This document shows, in pieces, positions 1-10,200 of a DNA stretch of 64,000 nucleotides (within the stretch, counting starts at the first letter, position 1; every line of letters starts with the position of its first letter). The notes beneath the pieces were generated by a model that saw only the letters and a list, made by a program, of their open reading frames with translations, searched no databases and was not told the DNA's origin. The DNA is from a virus. The position numbers were made by a program, and so were the translations under genes. The stretch lies in IMG/VR virus record IMGVR_UViG_3300031688_000003, positions 55,272-119,271 of that record; one strand, written 5' to 3'.

Positions 1-2
1 AT

Positions 3-3000
3 GATGAGCTAGAAGAAACATTAGGAGATACGTCTTGGGTGGACATAATGTCAAAAATGTCTGAGGAAGAGTTTAACAATTTTGTTGCACCTTATAGTAA
101 AAGAACAGATAGTTTAAACAATCTTAAAAGGTTTACAGGTGATGAGAGATGGTGGGCTGGTAATCTTGCTAATGTTATTTCTGATGAAGAATATGCAAAG
201 GCAAATGAAAATCGTAAATGGACAAGAGACAACCATAGAAAAGGGAACCTTCCTAATTATAGTGAAGTGGCACCACTTGGAAAATCTACAGAAGATGTAT
301 TTTATGATGCTGAAAAAGCTTACTATAATACACCAGTACACACTAAAGAAGAACTTAATGCTGACTTTGATACTGCTTATCCTTATACATTTAATTCAGT
401 TGCTGGAACGGATCCTTTAAATAAGATACCATGGAAGAATGAGATGAAGGATGATCCAGAAAAGTGGGAGGGTTCGTGGTCTGATTATATAAGAAGTACA
501 GATATACAACCTGACTATTATGAAATAGGGGACATAACCCTTGCTGAAGAAAGTAATCCATTTCATTTTGTATATGACGGTGGAGATCAAGATGGAGAGA
601 CAGTTAATACAGCAGTTCCAGATAAAGGGATAAAAGATATACAAGATGTACGTAGTCATGATGAATATATGAAATGGTATGATCATCATAAAAAGAGCGG
701 TGTTCTTAATAATAAATCTAAAAAAGATATGGATTATTGGGAAGCTTTAACTGATAAAGATAATAATGTATGGACATCTAACTTTAAATATACAGATGCA
801 TCACCAAGATATAAGGAACTAGATTTCCTTGAAAACCCTAATATGAATATATCAGATGGGGAAAGAGGGAGATTATCTGATAGATCTGAACAGTCGTTAT
901 CAAGATTTGAAACATTAACGGGTAGAGATAGAAAGATGTATAATGATAACCATTTAAATGAAATGGAATATTTTAATTCAATTGGTATATTTGAAACTCC
1001 TTTAGATAAACCTATTGCCTACTATCCTAAAGAAGAAAGGATGGAGTTAATGAAAGTATTAAATGATTATGAAAAGAAACAAAATTCTGAAAATACAGCT
1101 TGGACAATAGATTATAAAAATTCTGAGTTTTATGGTAAAGAAAGAACATATAAGTATGGTGGTTCACTTCCAAAAGCTCAATTAAAGCAAGTTAAGAATG
1201 CATATGCTTTAACTAAGAGTTTAATTAAAGGTAAGCAGTTAGGTAAGGTTTTAAATAAATCATTAAAACTTAATGAATTTATTCCTAAAGCATCAAAGGC
1301 TCCAATCATACCAAAAAATAAAATAGCTTATGTAACTCCTATAAATACAGATGTAAACATAAACATAGGTAATGATATAATATCTAATAACAAAACTGTA
1401 AATGCTGATAATAAATTTAGTTTACAATCAGATGTCTTTAAGAACAAAATACCATTAACAAGAGTATTAAGTTCTAAAGGTTTAAGATTTACGGATGGTA
1501 AATTATTTAGTTCAACAGAACCACATACACATTATAAATCAGACAGCAGAGGTGAGGAATTTCCTCTTCGTTTAAAATCAACAAATAGAAATACCACACA
1601 TTGGTCTTATGGTCATATAGGTAATCCTGGACATGGGGGTGGAAGTTGGTCAAAGAAGTCTACAGCTATCATTAATGATTATGAAAATTTGTCAAAATCT
1701 GGACTTGCCCTAGATCTTGATCCAACTGATACATGGTTCTATTCTAAAGGTAATTTTGAAATACCTGCTAATTCATTAATCTTGACTAGAGATAAGACGT
1801 TATATAAGAAAATAAAAAAAGAAACAAATATTACAAATATAAAACTATTTGAAAATACTAATAATGAAGATTTTGAAAGTATTGTAAACTCATATTCTAC
1901 AAGAGGAGGAAAAGGAGCATATACTAGACCAACGGATGATATGATAAATCCTAAAGATCAGTTTTTTAATGCAGGAGAAGGTGAAATGATAATGAGAGAC
2001 TATATGATAAAAAACTATAGTAAAGGAGATGATGTATCTTTAACACAGACTGCGGATCACTATAAACCTCATCAGTGGCAAGGACATGATTTTGATTGGG
2101 TACACCCCTTTACTGGTAAAAAATCAGGTATTACAACAATGCATCCAGATTTTGATCATTCTTATATGGATCTTGGAGATCCTTTTGGAGGAGGTCAGAG
2201 TAAGGCACACTCTGGTTCTCCATTATCTACTATAGAAAGAATGGAATATAATTGGGGAGATAATATGACAACTAATCATGGATTATACAGTAGTAACAAC
2301 AGATGGGGCAATGGTGATAGATCAGGAAGCTTAGATATATTAGCAAAATTACCAAAAACCATACAAGTAAATGAAATGGAGAAGGTAATGAAAACCTATA
2401 AAAATCAACGTGAAGGTCTTAGACTTCAACAAGAACTAGCAGAATTAAACGGGTTTAAATCATATAAAGAATTCAAGAACTCAATATCAAAACAAGAATG
2501 GTTAGATTTTAAGAGAGATGGTGGCTCACTAAACAAAGCACAATGGTGGAATCCTAAGAATGCATATGCTTTAGCTAATACTATATCTAAATCATTTAAA
2601 CCAGCTAAATCACTTCTTCCTAAACCTAGTTTTAAAAATATAAACTACCAAAAATTATTACCTTTTACTGAATCAGGTTCTACTCTTGTTCCTCAAACCC
2701 ATATGAGTAGTGGGAAGGAAGGAACTAGTATGGATCTATCAGAGACATTAAATTCTATTTATGCTGATAACAAACCTATGTGGTTTGGTCCTACTGCAAC
2801 AAGTAATAGATATAGAATGACAGATGATAATAATAAATTTATTCCAACAATTCCTGGACAAGGTGGACTTTTTCAAGTAGGTTCTGGAAGACTTGGTAAT
2901 ACAGGTAAACCAGGTTTTGATGAAATACCATTTACAGAAGCAACAATGCCATTTGGTGGTCTGGCAAATGATGGTTACCACCTTAATCTAGAAACTGGAT

Positions 3001-6000
3001 TGCCTAATTACAATGATCCACTAATGGATCACAAACTTTTAACAAAAAATGCTTTTCAAAATAAGATTGATGGTGTTTTTAATCCTAATACTAAGTTTAA
3101 AATATTTAAGAGTGACCTCTCCAAAGGTAATCATGCAATGCACCAGAAATGGTCAGACAAAGAACTTGCTAAAATTAAAGCAGATGGGTATGATGCTATT
3201 CAACTTGTAGATCAAAATGGTAATCAGATAGAAAATATATTACTTAATAAAGAAAAGTTTAAGATAAATAAGATCAATGATATGGATGTACACATTGACA
3301 ATCCTGAATTCAAATATGGTGGATCACTACCTAAGGCTCAATGGTACAATCTAAAGAATGCATATAATATCGGTAAGGGTTTAGTAAATACAATAAAGAG
3401 TCCTTTTATTAATGATTTAGTGCAAGGTAGTAATAAACTCTATAGGGGTATAGGACCAGCTGGATATAATAGTGCAGTAAATACTGGTAAGATACTATCA
3501 AATGTAAACCCAACTGCAGTAAATGAAGGTGCTTTTAATTTAACAAAGAACTTTGGAAATAAAACTTTTTTCACTCCTAATGTTGAAACAGCAAGTAAAT
3601 ATGGTGATGGTTATATAGCTGAAATAAATAATGATGTTAATGATTTTAGTAATAGATATAATTCAGACTGGAGTCAGTTTACAACTGACCCTGTTTTCTT
3701 AAGTCAATCTAACATATATAAAATGAATATGTTAGGAAATTATAAAAGAATACTTTCTCAAAATACAGTAGGAGATCATAGTAAAATAAACTTTTTAGAT
3801 AATGTTAAACTTAGGACAAATTATACATCTAGTACAGGTTTAGATTATTATGGTCATAGAAATGTTAAACATAATATAAAAGGAGGATGGCCTACACAGT
3901 TAGAGGTTGAAAAACTAAAAAAAGATTCAGGTTTAACACTAACACAAGATAACTTAAGAAGTTATGTAGAAAAGATTGGTAAAGTTGGCGGTGGTAAATA
4001 TCCTAAAACAACTTTATATAGATATGGTGATATGGCTACAAATGCAGCTGGTAATAAAGACATGGGTTACTATTCAGCAGATCCACTTGATCCACTTAGA
4101 TACAGTGAAAGAGCAGATAGAACTTTTAATGGAAGTGTTTTTAAAATTGATGTTGAAAATGAATTACTACCAGAATTTTATAAAGGAATAGGATTTGGTA
4201 ACCAAGGTAAAGAACCAGGATTTCAATCAGGAACATTATTTAAAGAATTTGAAGTTCCAGAAGATTTTTTAGGTAAATTTGGAAATCAACAAACTTTCAA
4301 AACTTTATCTGATTATAAAAAATGGCTTAATACAGTTAAGCAATCTGGAGGATCATTAACTAAACATCAAGTTCCTAAATTAATTAAAGGTGCATTAGAC
4401 TTAGGTAAGAAGGTGAAGAATATTATTTCTCCTAAAAATGTTAACTCAATTATAGATTGGAGTAAAGTCAGTCCTGCAATATTAGCTAATAAAAACTTAT
4501 TAAGTGAATATGCTGATATAGAAATGGCAACTAAAGCAAATGCAACATGGATGAAGAATGATGATGGTACTTCTTTCTGGGGTACACCTCAACAGTTTAT
4601 TCAAGTAAATAGTGAGGCCTTTAAAAACTCTTATCCAGAAGGTTATAAAAGAGTATTCAGAGGTGAGTCAGGTACTTTGAAATTAACAGATCCTCTTTAT
4701 TCAGGAGCTGCAGATATAGAATCAGGTAATAAAGGTATATTTACAGCAAATGAAGGTTTAGCTAAACTATATACAAACGATTATAGATTAGGGTCAAATA
4801 GTAGTATTCTTCAATTAGCAATACCTAGTGTTAGTGATGGTAGCAAATACTTAAATATAAACGGTCTAGGTAATGATTGGACAGATCTTAGTTCTATAGG
4901 TACTACAAAAAAGACTCTTGAACTAAATATAAAGAATTTAGAAAATAACATAAAGAAGGATGCAGAAGGATTTCAATGGGCATCTGGCAGTGGTAGTTTA
5001 GAAAGTTATGATGTAAATAAACACTTACAAAGTTATAAAGATTTTTACAATAACTATGATGAGATAGTTGCTAATCCTATCTATAAGAAATTACTTGAGT
5101 TTAAAGAAGCTGCTTGGGAAAATGACAAAATTCTTAATGGGGGAAATTTAGCAGGACGACAAAGTTTTGGAACTGGAGATGTAGGTGACTTTATGGAAAA
5201 ATCAGGTTTAAATAATATAAGATTAAACTATATAGATGATGGTGGTTTTGGAGATGTAACACTTAACAACCAGATACCAGGTAACTATCTAAAATCTCTA
5301 ACAAATAACAATGGTAGATTTAATCTAAAAAACCCCAACATGAATAGACAAAAAGGAGGATCACTACCAAAAGCTCAATTGCAATATTATGATAAAGCTA
5401 AAAAAACATATGATTTTGTTAAAGGATTATGGACTGTTGCTAAGCCTGTTTCAAAACTTGTAATACCAGGAAGGTCAGCTACTGATGTGGCTCATAAAAT
5501 AAAACCATTAATTAATAGTTACCAAAAACCAAATTCTGCTGGTGTTGCAAGTTTGATAAATCCTAACTGGACTGTTGATGAAGGTGGATTATATGAAGGT
5601 ATGGATAGTAGAGTTAGAACATTTATAGAACCAGGCCAGTATGGAATAAATGAACCTATAAGACTAATGGATGGTAATACTAGATTTCATTATGGACAGA
5701 GTCAAGGAAAAGATTGGGACGAATGGTATAGAACATTTCAGCATAATAACCAATCTTTATATCCAGAGATAGCTGAAAAAAATCTTACTCTTGAAAATGG
5801 AACATGGAGACCTAAAACACAGCTTGAACTTGATGATGATATACCAACAGAAGTTTGGGATCCTGTACAACAGAAATTTGTTAAACAAAATTTGAAAACA
5901 AGACCCTTTGCTGATCCCACATCCCTATATAGAGCTGTTAATGCTCCTGATATTCAAACTGCTGAAAAGTTTGGAACTACAATTCCTTCACTCAATTCTG

Positions 6001-7217
6001 GTGCAGATGGGAGAAGGACAGGATATACCGACTTACAAAAAAACACTCCATATGATGTTTTATTTACAACACCCAATGCAGGTTGGATAGGTGGTTCAGG
6101 TGTTGATGATCCATATAATTTATTTAATTTATATGCAAAAAAAGATCAAGGAAAATTTATAGTTAAAATGCCAAGAACAAATGGTGCTGTTGAGAGTTTA
6201 ACTCAAATTAATAATAGGACAGATATTTTAAACAATTCTCAATATCCGTACAGTGGAAACACTGGTTCAGTTTGGAATGAAGCAACTGGTAAATTTGATA
6301 TACCTACACATCTTGGTTCAGGTATATTCAATACAGTCTCTGGTAAGCCTGATTTAAGTTTAATACCAGAAGGATCAATTGTTAATCCAAATTATTCAAG
6401 TTTTAATGGTAACCAGATAACTCCAATATTTGGAACAAAAGGAACAACAGTTAGAAACGCACAAGATGTATTACCAATAGAAGACTATTTCAAAAAACTA
6501 AAAGAAGATCCTAATTGGAAATTTAATAAAGGAGGATCTGTAAAAGCTCAATATGTAGGTGAAACTAAAGAAGATATAGATTGGACAGGTACAACTCAAG
6601 GTGAGATACCAAGCAATGAACCAGACTTAGATCTTTTAAAGCAAGGTGTTGGTTATGCTGAAAGTCTTAATGGTGAGTTGATGATTAATTCTCAATCTAC
6701 TGCAACAGGATTATATGGTCAAAGATTTTCTGAAGTAAAGAAAGGTAAATTATATGATGGAACAAGAGAAGAATTTGCTGTAGATCTTGATGCTCAAAAC
6801 TCTTTATTTGAACAAAGATACAATGGAGAAATAAAAGATATACCAGGATTAAAACAAAGTGGTATAGATCTATATGAAGAGTATAACACACAAATAACAG
6901 ACTTTCCATACTCAACAACTGAAGTTGCTGCACTGGTAAACTTCATAGGTAGACAAGGTACAAGAGACTACCTAGGATACGTTCTAAGAGACGGTAATAC
7001 ATTAGAATCAGTATTCCCTACTAAGTATGGATCAAAAGCAAATCAGTCAAATAAGACTCCAAATGAATATATCACTAAATTTAATGAAGGTTTAAATATA
7101 AAAAAGAAAGGAGGTGAAGTAGATAAGCTTACTGAAAGATTGATAAAGAAATATGAAGAAGGAGGAACACTTACACCTGCAGGAACTAAACATTTAAAGT
7201 CTCTAGGGATGATATAA
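3..7217 (+). CDS. Giant modular virion protein (5'-truncated): several ADP-ribosyltransferase-like modules and a C-terminal lysozyme/transglycosylase-like module separated by KxGGSLPKAQ motifs
   Basis: Frame is open from nt 3, so the true start lies upstream (the track start at 39 is a GTG). Six GG-linker copies; LYRG/LYRY/FRGE/LYRA...(F/Y)(F/Y)(T/S) ART-type strands; WMKNDDG...QFIQVNSEAFK and LKSLTNNNGRFNLKNP resemble polyvalent-protein ART modules; AESLNG...STATGLYGQ resembles a lysozyme-fold catalytic segment. Confidence 0.75.
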   Translation, partial: DELEETLGDTSWVDIMSKMSEEEFNNFVAPYSKRTDSLNNLKRFTGDERWWAGNLANVISDEEYAKANENRKWTRDNHRKGNLPNYSEVAPLGKSTEDVFYDAEKAYYNTPVHTKEELNADFDTAYPYTFNSVAGTDPLNKIPWKNEMKDDPEKWEGSWSDYIRSTDIQPDYYEIGDITLAEESNPFHFVYDGGDQDGETVNTAVPDKGIKDIQDVRSHDEYMKWYDHHKKSGVLNNKSKKDMDYWEALTDKDNNVWTSNFKYTDASPRYKELDFLENPNMNISDGERGRLSDRSEQSLSRFETLTGRDRKMYNDNHLNEMEYFNSIGIFETPLDKPIAYYPKEERMELMKVLNDYEKKQNSENTAWTIDYKNSEFYGKERTYKYGGSLPKAQLKQVKNAYALTKSLIKGKQLGKVLNKSLKLNEFIPKASKAPIIPKNKIAYVTPINTDVNINIGNDIISNNKTVNADNKFSLQSDVFKNKIPLTRVLSSKGLRFTDGKLFSSTEPHTHYKSDSRGEEFPLRLKSTNRNTTHWSYGHIGNPGHGGGSWSKKSTAIINDYENLSKSGLALDLDPTDTWFYSKGNFEIPANSLILTRDKTLYKKIKKETNITNIKLFENTNNEDFESIVNSYSTRGGKGAYTRPTDDMINPKDQFFNAGEGEMIMRDYMIKNYSKGDDVSLTQTADHYKPHQWQGHDFDWVHPFTGKKSGITTMHPDFDHSYMDLGDPFGGGQSKAHSGSPLSTIERMEYNWGDNMTTNHGLYSSNNRWGNGDRSGSLDILAKLPKTIQVNEMEKVMKTYKNQREGLRLQQELAELNGFKSYKEFKNSISKQEWLDFKRDGGSLNKAQWWNPKNAYALANTISKSFKPAKSLLPKPSFKNINYQKLLPFTESGSTLVPQTHMSSGKEGTSMDLSETLNSIYADNKPMWFGPTATSNRYRMTDDNNKFIPTIPGQGGLFQVGSGRLGNTGKPGFDEIPFTEATMPFGGLANDGYHLNLETGLPNYNDPLMDHKLLTKNAFQNKIDGVFNPNTKFKIFKSDLSKGNHAMHQKWSDKELAKIKADGYDAIQLVDQNGNQIENILLNKEKFKINKINDMDVHIDNPEFKYGGSLPKAQWYNLKNAYNIGKGLVNTIKSPFINDLVQGSNKLYRGIGPAGYNSAVNTGKILSNVNPTAVNEGAFNLTKNFGNKTFFTPNVETASKYGDGYIAEINNDVNDFSNRYNSDWSQFTTDPVFLSQSNIYKMNMLGNYKRILSQNTVGDHSKINFLDNVKLRTNYTSSTGLDYYGHRNVKHNIKGGWPTQLEVEKLKKDSGLTLTQDNLRSYVEKIGKVGGGKYPKTTLYRYGDMATNAAGNKDMGYYSADPLDPLRYSERADRTFNGSVFKIDVENELLPEFYKGIGFGNQGKEPGFQSGTLFKEFEVPEDFLGKFGNQQTFKTLSDYKKWLNTVKQSGGSLTKHQVPKLIKGALDLGKKVKNIISPKNVNSIIDWSKVSPAILANKNLLSEYADIEMATKANATWMKNDDGTSFWGTPQQFIQVNSEAFKNSYPEGYKRVFRGESGTLKLTDPLYSGAADIESGNKGIFTANEGLAKLYTNDYRLGSNSSILQLAIPSVSDGSKYLNINGLGNDWTDLSSIGTTKKTLELNIKNLENNIKKDAEGFQWASGSGSLESYDVNKHLQSYKDFYNNYDEIVANPIYKKLLEFKEAAWENDKILNGGNLAGRQSFGTGDVGDFMEKSGLNNIRLNYIDDGGFGDVTLNNQIPGNYLKSLTNNNGRFNLKNPNMNRQKGGSLPKAQLQYYDKAKKTYDFVKGLWTVAKPVSKLVIPGRSATDVAHKIKPLINSYQKPNSAGVASLINPNWTVDEGGLYEGMDSRVRTFIEPGQYGINEPIRLMDGNTRFHYGQSQGKDWDEWYRTFQHNNQSLYPEIAEKNLTLENGTWRPKTQLELDDDIPTEVWDPVQQKFVKQNLKTRPFADPTSLYRAVNAPDIQTAEKFGTTIPSLNSGADGRRTGYTDLQKNTPYDVLFTTPNAGWIGGSGVDDPYNLFNLYAKKDQGKFIVKMPRTNGAVESLTQINNRTDILNNSQYPYSGNTGSVWNEATGKFDIPTHLGSGIFNTVSGKPDLSLIPEGSIVNPNYSSFNGNQITPIFGTKGTTVRNAQDVLPIEDYFKKLKEDPNWKFNKGGSVKAQYVGETKEDIDWTGTTQGEIPSNEPDLDLLKQGVGYAESLNGELMINSQSTATGLYGQRFSEVKKGKLYDGTREEFAVDLDAQNSLFEQRYNGEIKDIPGLKQSGIDLYEEYNTQITDFPYSTTEVAALVNFIGRQGTRDYLGYVLRDGNTLESVFPTKYGSKANQSNKTPNEYITKFNEGLNIKKKGGEVDKLTERLIKKYEEGGTLTPAGTKHLKSLGMI

Positions 7218-7248
7218 GAATGGATATAATTAGACAATGTCCTAATAA

Positions 7249-7262
7249 TTTAGTATATTATA
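7249..7262 (+). promoter_or_regulatory. Putative late promoter motif TTTAGTATATTATA
   Basis: Intergenic; the identical 14-mer recurs at 44724-44737. Confidence 0.45.
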
Positions 7263-7296
7263 AGTGTATAGTGCTAAATATTAATTAATTGAGCAA

Positions 7297-10200
7297 ATGG
7301 CAAAAGAATTTCCAGATAATAAAACTTTAGAAGTTTACCAGCAAGGTGGTGCTACTCAGAGTGTTAACTCATGTCCAGAAGCTATATCTGATGACATGAT
7401 AAATATAGATAATAGAGAACGTTCTATTGTAAGATCTAACTATAGTAAATCAAATACAGAAAGCAAATGTGGAAATTGTATCTTTTTTGACATATCTAAT
7501 AGGATAAAAAAGTGTGCAGATACTAAGTCAGATAATAAAGGATACTGCTGGGATCAAGAGTTTGTATGTGAATCTCAAAATATTTGTGATATGTGGGAAG
7601 AAGGTGGTCCAATCAAGTCTAACAAAGACTCATATGCACAAGATGAATCCTCTAATGAGTTTGAACAAAATAAAGCAGAAGTTGAACAGATACAAACTCA
7701 GAAACAGATGCCTGTGTTTAATGAGTCTCAACAACAACCAATGGCTCCGCAACAAGGTGCACCACCTCAAGCAATGCCTCCTCAACAACAAGCTCCTGCA
7801 CCACAAGAACAAATGCAACCTTCATTTGCATATGGTGGATCTTTAAGGAAGGCTCAAGAGCAACATGAAACAAATCCTATAAATCCTGTAACAGGATTAC
7901 CTTTTGAAGATGATATGTTGGCAGCAAAGAAAGAAAGAGATTTACAAGCTGCAAAAGAAAGAGAAGCAATATTAGCTCAACAAGGTCAAGATAATAATAC
8001 AGATATATATGATGAAGCAAATCCTAAAGAAGCAGGTTCATCACTTAAAGATAAATATAAAAACTGGAGAACTAAAAGAGCAATAAAAAAATATCAAAAG
8101 AGTTTAATCCCAGAAGCTCCATTTATGATGTATAACTCTGATCCTTCACAAGGTGTTCTAGGAGAGATAGGTAATTGGATGAAAAGTGCGAAGAAAGACT
8201 TTACTACTAATTGGGATAATAATAATAAGAAAAGTAACTATCAACAATTTAAAGTTTCAAATCCACATGATGATGTAAGATTCTTTGATCAAGATAATCC
8301 TGATGCACCACTGCTCAACTATGGCCAGAAGAATTCTAATGATTATAACAAGTTCTCTACTGACAGAACATCAGCATTTCCAGAACTATATCAAATATCA
8401 TCTATGGATAATGAAGGTAACATAAGTTACACAGGAGAGAAGTTGTTAGGGGATATGGTTGAAACAGAATACATGCCTGATGCTGTTCACATTCAACATA
8501 CTGAAGATGGAACAGGAGTTACAGGAGCATACATATATACTGGAATGAGTGATGCTGGAAAAAAAGAATATGAGTTTGTTCCTTTTGATAAAGAAAATCC
8601 TACTCAGATTTCAGTTGGACCATCTAAGCAAAAACGTGCTGAACAAGAAATGGCAGATAAGAATATATGTATAAATGCAGGTGGTGAATGGGATGCTGGA
8701 GTATGTACATATCCTGATGAGACAACTAAGAAAGATAATTTACAAAAGAAGAAAAATGAGAACTTTAAAAAGACACCATTAAATATAGAATTTGATAAAG
8801 ATAAACAATTTGGAGGTACTCCAACATTTGCACATATGAGAGATGGAGGTTCTCTGTCAAAGTTTCAAAGTCAAAGTGAATGGACAGATGAACAACTAAA
8901 AACATATCTAAAGTTGCAAAATGAAATGCTTGTTACTGGTGGTGTTGATGGATCTAAAATTGATCTATCTAAAAAAGATACTTGGCCTAGTGTTAAATTT
9001 TCAGTTTCAGATGGTACATATAATACAATGTATCCTTGGTTACCAGATATGTCTACTAAAGAAGGTAAGTCACAAATGTATAATTTACATAAAACTGCAT
9101 CAGATAAATTTCCTGATCAAACATACATGCCTGGTGTATATTGGGGATCAGATGATGAAGGTGGTGCATATCCATATCTAAATGAAACTGTTGAGGGTAA
9201 AGAAGAAAGAGCACGTCATACTGCATCATTGCAACGTGACTTTGCAACATTACAAGAAGCATTAGCATTTGCTAAAAAAGGTGGATATAATACTGAAGGC
9301 TTAAGTGTAAATGGTGTACCTATACAAAACGTTAGTAATATAGGTAGTTCTGCCGATGACATAGACTATGGTGCAGAAGGGAACTTTAATAGAAGAAGGT
9401 TGGGTATTAATAGAAGTGTAGGAACAGATGATTTAACAGGTACAGTTTATGATGCAGCATATAAACCATATCAAGAAAAATTACAAAAGGAATATGATAA
9501 CCATTATGCTACTAAGTCTGGTGTAGATAATTGGTCTATGGAAAAATTTATGAATGAGTATGATCATAGTGGATACAAGCAAGACTGGCAAGAAGTTACT
9601 GCAGATAACATGGAGGATGCTATAAATTATTCAGGTAATCAAGCCTTTGAAGGTTCCATGGGAGGTTATGGTGGAGGTGCAATAGGATATAATTCTGGTA
9701 ATAGTGAATACATTATAGGAAATGATACATTACCTAATCCTCAATTTCAAGATCATGGAAGGAATAAAGAAATGACTACTGATATGGGTTATATACCAGG
9801 ATTGGTTGGAGGAATGGGTGGATTAAAACTAGGAATGAACTTAGCAAAATATGTAGGAGGTTTCAGTGTTCCTTATACACAAGGAGCACTTACTTTTGGT
9901 AATGTAGCTAATGGAATGATGGCAACTAATGGTGTAGTTAACACTCTACCAACTGCAGTTAATAATTTTAAAGAAGGTGACTGGGAGGAAGGGTTGATGA
10001 ATACAGCTTTTGGACTTGGTGAAATGACAGGGTTTGGAAATATGGGTACTAATATTTTACCAAAAACATTTAATCAAGTCAGAGGTCTTAACTCAACAAT
10101 GCCTGCTTTAAATATTAAAGGTCAATCTAAAATTATGGAAAGTTTAAACGCAAATAAGAATTTGAGAACATTCAATGCAAATCCTCTTAGTAAAAGACCT

